IMG/VR virus record: IMGVR_UViG_3300025632_000002
Strand: one strand, 5' to 3'
Length of the DNA: 64,000 nucleotides
From: an uncultured virus (IMG/VR IMGVR_UViG_3300025632_000002)
Taxonomy: Duplodnaviria > Heunggongvirae > Uroviricota > Caudoviricetes > Crassvirales
Notes under the pieces: model-generated
Database searches by the model: none
What the model saw: only the letters and a program-made list of their open reading frames with translations
What the model was told of the DNA's origin: nothing
Program-made: the position numbers and the translations under genes
Part shown: positions 1 through 7,197 of the stretch, piece by piece
How the letters are laid out: each line of letters starts with the position of its first letter
Position numbering within the stretch: position 1 is the stretch's first letter

Positions 1-261
1 ATACTCTATTTCAAAGTTGAACTCGTGCTTTTCCTGCGAGGTGAAGTCCATCAAGAAGGGAGGGTTGTCGCTAAATAAATCATATGACGCACTGCGGGCG
101 CGTGCGTCAACATCATTATCCGACATCACCTCGTACTGCGTATACGGAGCGGGGTAGTGGTCTTCTATGTAGTTCTTCACGTATACCTGAAGCGCGACCA
201 AGTTCTTGTTGGTCTTTTCACCACCTCTGAAGTGGTTTTCTATCTGTTCTTGTCTAGTCAT
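1..261 (-). CDS. Hypothetical early protein, 3'-truncated by window edge (MTRQEQIENHFRGG...)
   Basis: Read manually: ATG at 261, open to position 1; same strand as the neighbouring early genes. Confidence 0.65.
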   Translation of the reverse strand, partial: MTRQEQIENHFRGGEKTNKNLVALQVYVKNYIEDHYPAPYTQYEVMSDNDVDARARSASYDLFSDNPPFLMDFTSQEKHEFNFEIEY

Positions 262-290
262 TTCATTGAATTTATGTGTCGAGTCCGACA

Positions 291-725
291 CTATTTATTA
301 AATACTGAATCTATGGGGTCTACGTCGATAGCGTAGACGGAACGCCCGTTAGTAATGAGAAGGTCGTGCATCGTGTTGTCCATATCACTGCCGTTCTCGT
401 CTGTCCAATGAGGCTCTACCCTTGGGTTGTAATGAAGGCTCCTGTCCATAAAGGTGATAGGCACTATGTCGGGGGAGAACTCCAAACGCTCGCACTCTAT
501 CCAAGCGCATACCGATTTGTTTGCGCCTCCCTTTATTTTGTTAGCCGTGCCTTTCTGATTGCGTAACCGACAACCGAACATAGCGAGCGTACCTTCGTCA
601 GGGTCTAGATAGTCCACTATGTTCTGTACTTTCTCTGCGCCATAGGCGGGGGTGCTCATCACCTGTGTGACTTGCCACTTCATAAAGTTCTGCCCCGGTG
701 CTAGATGGAATCGTATCTTATACAT
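291..725 (-). CDS. Hypothetical phage early protein
   Basis: 144-aa ORF in a tightly packed minus-strand run; start overlaps the upstream stop. Confidence 0.8.
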   Translation of the reverse strand: MYKIRFHLAPGQNFMKWQVTQVMSTPAYGAEKVQNIVDYLDPDEGTLAMFGCRLRNQKGTANKIKGGANKSVCAWIECERLEFSPDIVPITFMDRSLHYNPRVEPHWTDENGSDMDNTMHDLLITNGRSVYAIDVDPIDSVFNK

Positions 726-1287
726 TGATTTCTTGTTTTGATTTACGCATTATTTTCACTTTCCTACTTAGCCTCCTAGTCATAGACTGAGGGGCGTATA
801 CACTATACATATCAGAGTTCATTACCTCAAGTGCTTTTTCGTGAGCCGACCTATGCCACAACCAAACGGCTGTATTGCTTACCAAAAGGCACACAGCACC
901 CACGTCTTTAATGACCTCAACGTTGTTGTCCACAAAGCTGTAACCCATTTTGTGCAGAGCAAATGCCCAATGGATATTTTGTTTTTTACATCGCTCAAGG
1001 AACTCAAGCCTATGATTCCATAGCGTATCATTCCTATCCGAAGGATGCTCGACCTTCATATGAGCGTATGTCTTTTGGTAGAAGTTCAATACGTTTTTAT
1101 ACTCTTCACTAGGGATGCTAGAGGCAATCATAAATGACTCAAGGCAAGACCTCAGTTCCTCCCTACTCAGTTCATCGAACTCTTGTTGAGAGACGCCCAT
1201 CGATATCATCTTACCCTCTAGGTTAGATGCAAGAATCATATCCTTGGAATCTATCAGCGTTTGGGTTGTAGGAATCCACTCCATCAC
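718..1287 (-). CDS. Hypothetical phage early protein
   Basis: 189-aa ORF with ATGA-type overlap to the upstream gene. Confidence 0.75.
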   Translation of the reverse strand: MMEWIPTTQTLIDSKDMILASNLEGKMISMGVSQQEFDELSREELRSCLESFMIASSIPSEEYKNVLNFYQKTYAHMKVEHPSDRNDTLWNHRLEFLERCKKQNIHWAFALHKMGYSFVDNNVEVIKDVGAVCLLVSNTAVWLWHRSAHEKALEVMNSDMYSVYAPQSMTRRLSRKVKIMRKSKQEINV

Positions 1288-1514
1288 TCAGGGAGGCTAT
1301 CGAAGTTTTTCTCCTCTAAGTTGCGATGCTCCAAGCGGAAGTCCTTGTTCATCATACAAGCCGCCCTCTTGAGTTCGTAGTTCAGCATCCTACCCGCTGA
1401 ATCCATAAGCTTGGCTTGTGCCGAAGCCTTGAATACATCAATCTCGTCTTTGTCTAGTTGCTCCATCGTCTTGGTGAGCAGAGCGAACATACTCTTCGTG
1501 TTTATTGGTTTCAT
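1284..1514 (-). CDS. Hypothetical phage protein
   Basis: 76-aa ORF coupled to both neighbours. Confidence 0.75.
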   Translation of the reverse strand: MKPINTKSMFALLTKTMEQLDKDEIDVFKASAQAKLMDSAGRMLNYELKRAACMMNKDFRLEHRNLEEKNFDSLPE

Positions 1515-1741
1515 TATTTTATGTTTAAGAATTTTATCATATCCTGTTCCGTCTTGATTGTAGACTTATCCCATCTAGATGTGTCTCCATCAAGCCATTC
1601 ACTATACATCTCATCTACCTCGTACCCATCGCTGTCCATAAGTATGGGAGCGAACATACCGCGCGTGTACCACTCGTTCACTATCGCCCATACCTGAGTC
1701 TCGGATAGGTTCATATCCTTGATGATGCTTTCATTATCCAT
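1514..1741 (-). CDS. Hypothetical phage protein (likely start MDNESII)
   Basis: ORF track 1514..1771; ATG at 1741 overlaps the end of the upstream gene. Confidence 0.7.
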   Translation of the reverse strand: MDNESIIKDMNLSETQVWAIVNEWYTRGMFAPILMDSDGYEVDEMYSEWLDGDTSRWDKSTIKTEQDMIKFLNIK

Positions 1742-2270
1742 TTCTTCCGTCTTTAGGGGTGTCACGCTCATACTTTCGCATCACCTCATCTACCACCCCG
1801 TCTGCATCTAGGTGTTGGTTGAGTTGGATGGTAATCGTACCGCTCAAGGATAGGTCACCGACTGACTCGTCTACCTCGTGCTCGATATCATCCACGTTCA
1901 GCATCTCTGTCTTGACATACTCCAACGCGTGGCAGAACCCCGCGAAGAACGATTCGTCTATGGCTTTTGTGTCGGGTTCGACACTCTCTACGCTCAAGCC
2001 CTTGATATACGCTACGACTGCCCTGTACGTACCTTCGATATTGCCATCGGTTAGGTGCATAGTTATGTCTCCAATGTGCTCACCTTCCGCGCCTGATTCG
2101 TAGCACTTCTGCACCACAGGCATCAGCCAATCCCACGAGGTGTGGTAGGACATTGATTCGACAGGAACAACTTCATTGCTTCCAGTATCGTCTACTCGTG
2201 TCATACAACTTGAGTCTTGGTGATGGGGTTTCATCCCCATAAATTCTGCTATTAGTTTATTCTGATTCAT
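1734..2270 (-). CDS. Hypothetical phage protein with NKLIAEFMG...YHTSWDWLMPVV motif
   Basis: Motif recognised as common in Bacteroidota phage hypotheticals; ATG at 2270 overlaps the upstream stop. Confidence 0.75.
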   Translation of the reverse strand: MNQNKLIAEFMGMKPHHQDSSCMTRVDDTGSNEVVPVESMSYHTSWDWLMPVVQKCYESGAEGEHIGDITMHLTDGNIEGTYRAVVAYIKGLSVESVEPDTKAIDESFFAGFCHALEYVKTEMLNVDDIEHEVDESVGDLSLSGTITIQLNQHLDADGVVDEVMRKYERDTPKDGRNG

Positions 2271-2485
2271 AACAATCCTGAGTTTATAATTATCGTGCAA
2301 GGTCTCGTGCGTACTATCTCAAGTGCGCCATTTAGTTTGTAATACAGAGAGCGGGGGTTATTGTCGTGCTCCTCTTCGCTCACGTCATCCCATATAGACC
2401 ACACCAATTCGGTGCGCCCGTCATCGAGCCTCCTTACAGAGTAGTACTCGTCTCCTTGATTGAATGGATATAATTTGTTCATCAT
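2267..2485 (-). CDS. Hypothetical phage protein (MMNKLYPF...)
   Basis: ORF track 2267..2563; ATG at 2485 follows an A-rich leader. Confidence 0.7.
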   Translation of the reverse strand: MMNKLYPFNQGDEYYSVRRLDDGRTELVWSIWDDVSEEEHDNNPRSLYYKLNGALEIVRTRPCTIIINSGLL

Positions 2486-2495
2486 TTGTCGTGTT

Positions 2496-2717
2496 TTACA
2501 GTCGTGGTTTTCGGTGGGTTGCTTCGATTTCAATCTCGTGCTCCAAGGTTTCTGAGCCGTCACGCCCGTCGTGATTTATGACATCTACGATTTGCACATT
2601 TATTTTGTACATATCTGTGCCTGACTCTGCGTCATCACCAACGTAGGTCACCATCACTGGGGTGTCATCGCCCAGCGGTATTTCATTCAGGGCATCAATT
2701 AGTTGTTTCTTTGTCAT
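2496..2717 (-). CDS. Hypothetical phage protein (MTKKQLIDALNE.. type)
   Basis: 73-aa ORF; N-terminus resembles that of 3296..3517. Confidence 0.7.
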   Translation of the reverse strand: MTKKQLIDALNEIPLGDDTPVMVTYVGDDAESGTDMYKINVQIVDVINHDGRDGSETLEHEIEIEATHRKPRL

Positions 2718-2878
2718 AGCCGAGGTAAAAAGTGTTCGTCATCTCGTAGCATACCGAACACATCGTGTACGATATCTTGAGCGTTAATAAGGCTGTTCTC
2801 TTGCGTCATCATTTGGATGCGCTCTGCCCAGTCAGCTACGGCAGTAAAGGTTCGTTCGTTCATTTTCAATTGTATCAT
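2714..2878 (-). CDS. Hypothetical phage protein (MIQLKMNERTF...)
   Basis: 3' part of ORF 2714..3013; ATG at 2878 lies just after the upstream stop. Confidence 0.6.
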   Translation of the reverse strand: MIQLKMNERTFTAVADWAERIQMMTQENSLINAQDIVHDVFGMLRDDEHFLPRL

Positions 2879-2883
2879 TGCTT

Positions 2884-3165
2884 CTATTGTTGCTTGATGC
2901 GCGTACTGAAGTCGGTTGTGAGCAACACGTGCGAATCGTCCTTGGACATACCTAACGACTCTATCTGTATCGGTTGAGGTAGGTTCAATAGATACGTCAC
3001 CGCTATCTCCCAAGGCCTGTCGTACGCATAGTCGTACGGGATGTTCACTCGTTCACCGAGTCGGTTGTCTATGATAGCAATGCGCGTACCTCTGAAGTTG
3101 GTAGCGGATAGATACTTGATGCTGAACGCGCGGTATCGCTTGATGTTGTCGAAGTAGTTCTTCAT
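2884..3165 (-). CDS. Hypothetical phage protein (KYLSATNFRGTRI motif)
   Basis: 93-aa ORF; motif recognised as typical of phage early hypotheticals. Confidence 0.75.
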   Translation of the reverse strand: MKNYFDNIKRYRAFSIKYLSATNFRGTRIAIIDNRLGERVNIPYDYAYDRPWEIAVTYLLNLPQPIQIESLGMSKDDSHVLLTTDFSTRIKQQ

Positions 3166-3187
3166 ATCTTGTCGTGTTTGGATTGCA

Positions 3188-3274
3188 TTAAAGTGTTACC
3201 GTGAACAATAGGAGCCCCACAACCAACACAGCGATTAACATCCGTATTGTCTCTTGTTGATATTCGTCTAACAT
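3188..3274 (-). CDS. Small single-TM protein (MLDEYQQETIRMLIAVLVVGLLLFTVTL)
   Basis: Read manually; fills the gap between genes; hydrophobic C-terminus. Confidence 0.45.
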   Translation of the reverse strand: MLDEYQQETIRMLIAVLVVGLLLFTVTL

Positions 3275-3295
3275 AATTTCTGATTGATTTTTCGT

Positions 3296-3517
3296 TTAGT
3301 CATTGTCTTTTTCATTGTGAGGTATAGCCGTTAGCCTTACTTCTTGCATATCTTTATGTGTGCCGCCCTTGAAGTCGGTACGTGTCCACGAGATAGCCTC
3401 AACTGTGAAGTCGTACAAGTCTTCGTACAGCGTGGTGTCGTGTACCTCGATAACGACCTGCGCATCATCTCGAAGGTCTTTGATTAATTCAACTAATTCT
3501 TTCTTCGTCATTGTCAA
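3296..3517 (-). CDS. Hypothetical phage protein
   Basis: 73-aa ORF; its leader AACCAATTGACAATG is shared with the 3964..4290 gene. Confidence 0.75.
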   Translation of the reverse strand: MTMTKKELVELIKDLRDDAQVVIEVHDTTLYEDLYDFTVEAISWTRTDFKGGTHKDMQEVRLTAIPHNEKDND

Positions 3518-3544
3518 TTGGTTTATGTGTCGAGTCCGACACTA

Positions 3545-3871
3545 TTATAGATTGTCTTTCACTCCGTTATCCACTAACTTCTTTACGATGTAGTCAGGCA
3601 ACTCAAAGCACCCGTCGTACCCGTCTAAACTTGCGTTGCCGCTATCGTCCCACGATATCTCAAGCACCCCGCCCGCGTAGTAGTCACCACCGCCCGTCTC
3701 CTCGTCGTACGTCTCGTACCAACCACCATACGTATGGTCAGGGTCAATACCTATCTGTACGCTCATCACCACGTCGGTGTCTTCTCTCAAGACTGAGTCG
3801 TACGCAGTCTTCATACTCACATAAGGAAGTGTCTCCTTCCAATCGATTACCAGTTTTTTTTCTTTCATCAT
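3545..3871 (-). CDS. Acidic hypothetical phage protein
   Basis: 108-aa ORF downstream of an AT-rich promoter-like region. Confidence 0.8.
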   Translation of the reverse strand: MMKEKKLVIDWKETLPYVSMKTAYDSVLREDTDVVMSVQIGIDPDHTYGGWYETYDEETGGGDYYAGGVLEISWDDSGNASLDGYDGCFELPDYIVKKLVDNGVKDNL

Positions 3872-3904
3872 AGTATTAGCGTTTTTAATTCCGTTTCGAT
3901 TTAT

Positions 3905-3945
3905 ATGTAAATATAGTTCAATTAATCCTTAATTCCTAATTATTT
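3905..3945 (-). promoter_or_regulatory. Putative early promoter (TAATTAGGA..N..ACTATATTTACA)
   Basis: Similar to 6094-6132; resembles a Bacteroidota -7 box variant. Confidence 0.5.
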
Positions 3946-3963
3946 CTCTCTTTTCTTACGCAG

Positions 3964-4290
3964 TCAGAACAACCCATCATCCTTGAACCTGTGATAATCA
4001 TCACACCCTCGTTCGTCATCACCATACTCAGCCTCCGAATCCTTTCTCTCGAACCACATCAGCACCAAGTCCTCAGATACGCCCGCCTCCCTCGCTATCT
4101 CAAGCGCGGTGTCTTCCTCCTCGCCCGCATCCATCCACAGAACCTCGCGCTCGTTATAAGCCAAGCAAGGCACTACCCCTTGCCCCCTCGCCCATCGCTC
4201 TATCTCTGAGACGGACATTTCCAACTCTATTTGCTCGGTAGCCCAGCCCAAGTCCCTATACAGCTTTGCATATACTATCCACATTGTCAA
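3964..4290 (-). CDS. Acidic hypothetical phage early protein
   Basis: 108-aa ORF; leader shared with 3296..3517. Confidence 0.75.
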   Translation of the reverse strand: MTMWIVYAKLYRDLGWATEQIELEMSVSEIERWARGQGVVPCLAYNEREVLWMDAGEEEDTALEIAREAGVSEDLVLMWFERKDSEAEYGDDERGCDDYHRFKDDGLF

Positions 4291-4326
4291 TTGGTTTTTT
4301 GTGTCGACCCCGACACAGGTTTAAAT

Positions 4327-4377
4327 TAGAAGGGTGCAAGACCTCGCGACCTTGTGACGCTCACTTGAGCCACCCTT
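4327..4377 (-). ncRNA. tRNA-like structured element C (closing stem AAGGGTG/CACCCTT enclosing two hairpins)
   Basis: Perfect 7-bp closing stem; GCTC-AAGT-GAGC hairpin; 7-bp stem with GCGA tetraloop; 6 nt after the stop at 4384. Confidence 0.5.
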
Positions 4378-4383
4378 GGGGAA

Positions 4384-4719
4384 TCAGTCCGCCAAGAACA
4401 CGTCCAACAGAGCACCCTTCTTCGAGGTCTGACCTTCGTGGTCTAATTCGCTCGCCTCGTTGTACTTATCCCAATACCACCGAGTGAATGGCTCCAACTC
4501 CTCCACGCCCCATATATTGATGGTGTGCCGCGACCCGTCATCGGCAATGCCAATCAGATACAACACGCAATCGATGCGGGTGAGTGAGTGCCTCGACAAC
4601 TGCAACCGATGCTCCAAGCGGAACGAGTTGCCGTCACGCTCCAAGAGCAAGTCCCTGTAGTCTAACCCCACCACGTCCATCTTGTCCAAACGCCCCAACA
4701 AATCATTGATACTATCCAT
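4384..4719 (-). CDS. Hypothetical early protein (MDSINDLL...)
   Basis: ORF track 4384..4845; ATG at 4719 is the plausible start because the upstream part is structured intergenic DNA. Confidence 0.75.
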   Translation of the reverse strand: MDSINDLLGRLDKMDVVGLDYRDLLLERDGNSFRLEHRLQLSRHSLTRIDCVLYLIGIADDGSRHTINIWGVEELEPFTRWYWDKYNEASELDHEGQTSKKGALLDVFLAD

Positions 4720-4761
4720 ATCTCTACTGTATTTTGTGTCGACACCGACACTGATTAAAAT

Positions 4762-4810
4762 TAGAAGGGGAGAGAGGATTCGAACCTCCCGAAGCACCAA
4801 GCCTCCCCTT
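4762..4810 (-). ncRNA. tRNA-like element B (acceptor stem plus T-arm, no anticodon arm)
   Basis: AAGGGGAG...GGAGG-TTCGAAT-CCTCT-CTCCCCTT-CTA; canonical T-loop; 6 nt after the stop at 4817. Confidence 0.65.
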
Positions 4811-4816
4811 GAAGGC

Positions 4817-5569
4817 TTACGCCTCGACCTCGAGAGGAGCAACAACCCCGAGGGATTGCGCTACCTTCTCGAACATCGCAAGCAATGCCTGTTGGTTGCC
4901 ATTGAACGACTTGACGCTGCCGTCATCGTTGAAGTGAATCGAGCCGCTCACCGCATCAGTCGAGACAACGAACTGAGCAGCGACTCCCGCCATCTCCTCG
5001 TCGCTGAACTCCTCACCTTCACCCTCGCCATCACCCTCAGACTCCGCAACCGCCTCCTCCTTCACAGGAACTGCCGCCGCTGGCTTCTCCGCCTTCATCC
5101 AAGCGTTGTACGAGTCCACATCCAAAGCGCATCGCTCATCCAAAGCAAGCATCGCATCCCGATACAGCACGAACTCAGCACCCGAGTCAGCGTCTCCAAT
5201 CAGGAACGACCCAGCCGTAGCGTGGCGGTGGAAGTAGGACTTGCTCATCTCGATGGCAACCCACAACCGCTCCCGCTCCTCCTTGACCTTGCGCCCGTCA
5301 GCCTTGATGAAAGCTTTGAACTCAGGAGCATTGAACGCCTCCAAGCGAGCCGACAGCAACGTGCCAAGCTTCAGCGACTTGTGGAACATATCCACCGAGC
5401 CTTTCTTGATGCTCTCGTTCAACTTGACAATCGGAGCAGTCGCTCGCAACGCCTTGAGCGTAGCCTTGACCTCAGCCGATTGTGTCGGAGCCGACACAGA
5501 CTGAGCGTTTGACTTAGTACCTTCTGCAACCTTTGCGGTGGTTGCGACCTTGTTTGTTGTTTGCTTCAT
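4817..5569 (-). CDS. Early protein with basic N-terminus, possible HTH and acidic C-terminal linker
   Basis: ORF track 4817..5782; ATG at 5569 (MKQTTNK); LWVAIEMSKSYFHRH segment looks HTH-like (inference). Confidence 0.8.
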   Translation of the reverse strand: MKQTTNKVATTAKVAEGTKSNAQSVSAPTQSAEVKATLKALRATAPIVKLNESIKKGSVDMFHKSLKLGTLLSARLEAFNAPEFKAFIKADGRKVKEERERLWVAIEMSKSYFHRHATAGSFLIGDADSGAEFVLYRDAMLALDERCALDVDSYNAWMKAEKPAAAVPVKEEAVAESEGDGEGEGEEFSDEEMAGVAAQFVVSTDAVSGSIHFNDDGSVKSFNGNQQALLAMFEKVAQSLGVVAPLEVEA

Positions 5570-5606
5570 AGCAGTATTAGATTTGTGGGCTTTGCCCGAT
5601 TTTAAT

Positions 5607-5655
5607 TGGAAGGAGTTAGGGACTCGAACCCTACGCGCACCGACTGCGACCCCTT
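5607..5655 (-). ncRNA. tRNA-like element A (acceptor stem, D-like hairpin, T-arm, CCA; no anticodon arm)
   Basis: AAGGGGT-CGCAGTCGGTGCG-CG-TAGGG-TTCGAGT-CCCTA-ACTCCTT-CCA; 6 nt after the stop at 5662. Confidence 0.7.
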
Positions 5656-5661
5656 GGTAGA

Positions 5662-6048
5662 TTACTTGAGCGACTGCGCGATGTCTAAAGCATACAAATC
5701 GGCTATCAAATCCGATTTCGTTTCCCATTGCTCCGAGACCTCGATGTCCCATATAATCTCTTTGTTCACAATATCGCAACACTCGTTGCTGTCAATTGTC
5801 CAATAGTCAGTCACGCATCCGTCAAGGAATATCTCAGCGTGGATGTTCACCCCGCTGTATCTATACCCCGAACCCGTCTTCGTAACCTTGGCTCCAAACC
5901 GCTTCAATCTATTGCTCAAGCTATTTGTGTTCTTGACTCGACTGAACTTCGATAGGTATGCCTTGCGTGTCAACTTACCATCTCGGTACTCTTGGTTGAC
6001 CACCTCAAGCATATCGTTGATGTTTGGTATGTGTTCGTTGGGTGTCAT
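5662..6048 (-). CDS. First early gene, hypothetical (MTPNEHIP...)
   Basis: ORF track 5662..6099; ATG at 6048 lies downstream of the promoter-like element. Confidence 0.75.
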   Translation of the reverse strand: MTPNEHIPNINDMLEVVNQEYRDGKLTRKAYLSKFSRVKNTNSLSNRLKRFGAKVTKTGSGYRYSGVNIHAEIFLDGCVTDYWTIDSNECCDIVNKEIIWDIEVSEQWETKSDLIADLYALDIAQSLK

Positions 6049-6093
6049 TGGTCTGTGTGGGTTTGTGGGGTTCCCCCCTTGGTTTGAATTATG

Positions 6094-6132
6094 GTGCAAT
6101 ATAGTATTAATATCAGTTCAATCCTAATTAAT
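6094..6132 (-). promoter_or_regulatory. Putative main early promoter (TAATTAGGA..N..ACTATATTGCA)
   Basis: Heads the minus-strand gene run; TATATTGCA -7-like box; similar to 3905-3945. Confidence 0.55.
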
Positions 6133-6542
6133 CAGAAGAAAACTTCATTTTAATTGCATCGACTCCAACAGCACCACAGCACGATTCAAGCACAGCACAC
6201 AGAGCGAGCAACAGCCGTTGCCCCCAATTCATTTGAGCGCGGAAGGGGAAGGGCGGGGGTTAAGGGAAGGCTCCCTCTCTCTCCCTTTCGTGGAGAGTGC
6301 AAGTCTGTGCCCTTGCATCCCCGCCATTTCGTGTCGGACTCGACACTGCACCGGAGCGTGTACCCTACCATCAACCGGTACAGGGTAGGCGGTTCGAACC
6401 GCTGAGGGAAAACGCCAAAAAATCGGGACAACGCTCGGCAATCCTTACCCCCTCCCCCGAAAAAAAAATCGGTTTCCATTTCGAGGCGCGTCGCGTAATG
6501 TGTATATATAGCCCCCTTGCTTTCGGTATCTCGAAAAAGAAT

Positions 6543-6550
6543 TACCTTTG
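6543..6550 (+). promoter_or_regulatory. Bacteroidota -7 promoter box TACCTTTG
   Basis: Matches TAnnTTTG just before ATG 6554; the same box occurs at 8255, 10856, 12669, 31630, 35037, 35410 and 43238 (+) and at 10866 and 58442 (-), each before a gene start. Confidence 0.7.
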
Positions 6551-6553
6551 ACT

Positions 6554-6697
6554 ATGTCCTGGGAGCTTTCTATTCATAACCGCATTCACATCGGTTTTTG
6601 TTTTGGCTGGTCTTGGTACCCTAGGGATTCTGAGTTTGACCATTCAGAGTTTATTTTATTTTTTGGCTTGGTCAGCTTGAACTTAAAGATTTACTGA
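6554..6697 (+). CDS. Small hydrophobic hypothetical protein (47 aa)
   Basis: Read manually; follows a -7 box; TGATG coupling to the next ORF. Confidence 0.6.
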   Translation: MSWELSIHNRIHIGFCFGWSWYPRDSEFDHSEFILFFGLVSLNLKIY

Positions 6698-6864
6698 TGT
6701 ACGGATTAAAAGTAAAGGATGGTCGTTTAGTTAACGACCGTTTACCTGGCGAGACTGGTATTGCTCAGGCTGCTCGTTATTGCAAAATGAAGAAGCGTTC
6801 TGAGAAAATATCGATGATTGCCGACGCTATTAATTTAGCTGATATGCGTGAAGGCGATATGTAA
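6697..6864 (+). CDS. Small hypothetical protein (MYGLKVKDGRLVNDR..., 55 aa)
   Basis: Read manually; coupled start; followed by a terminator. Confidence 0.65.
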   Translation: MYGLKVKDGRLVNDRLPGETGIAQAARYCKMKKRSEKISMIADAINLADMREGDM

Positions 6865-6900
6865 TTGGTTGTTTATTTTGTGTAGAGTTGTAGAGTTAAG

Positions 6901-6923
6901 AGAGGTCTGGGGGCCTCTTTTTT
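6901..6923 (+). terminator. Intrinsic terminator
   Basis: AGAGGTC-TGGG-GGCCTCT followed by a T tract. Confidence 0.65.
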
Positions 6924-6972
6924 CTTGCCCGTCTTTTTTGTGGGGTAAAAAATTTCGTTGATTTAGGCCAAA

Positions 6973-7162
6973 AGTGTAGAGAGTCTACACTAAAATGTAG
7001 AGTTTAAAAAAAGTCTACACAAAAAAATCCTAGTGTTTATGGTAGTTATAGAGTGAAGTGTTAAGAATGTTAAGTTTACTCTCTACTATAAGAGTTCAAG
7101 AAAAATATATATAGTAGTTATTGTCCATATATATATATAGGGAAAAAAGTCTACATTCTACA
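6973..7162. repeat. Origin-like element, copy 1 (TGTAGA/TCTACA repeats and AT run)
   Basis: About 100-bp imperfect direct repeat of 62183-62280, with an identical 17-mer AGTGTTAAGAATGTTAA at 7057 and 62183. Confidence 0.7.
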
Positions 7163-7197
7163 TTGGTGATGTTGTGTTGTAATTTGGCAAAAAAAAT

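Noticed and set aside
4682..5512. 276-aa plus-strand ORF
   Set aside because: Antisense shadow of the codon-biased 4817..5569 gene; crosses structured intergenic DNA; no motif
4762..5655. Canonical tRNA genes (GGTTCGA T-loops)
   Set aside because: Only 13-15 nt between the 5' acceptor strand and the T-arm, so no anticodon arm; reported as tRNA-like elements instead
276..6346. CRISPR array built from the GTGTCG palindromes
   Set aside because: Repeats are 16 bp, irregularly spaced hundreds of bp apart with genes between; no cas genes seen
6389..6402. GGTTCGAACC as a fourth tRNA-like T-arm
   Set aside because: It is a perfect palindrome without the 5-bp stem/7-nt loop geometry or an acceptor stem
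6154..6551. Overlapping 70-97 aa ORFs in the divergence region
   Set aside because: Mutually overlapping with atypical composition; better explained as structured non-coding DNA
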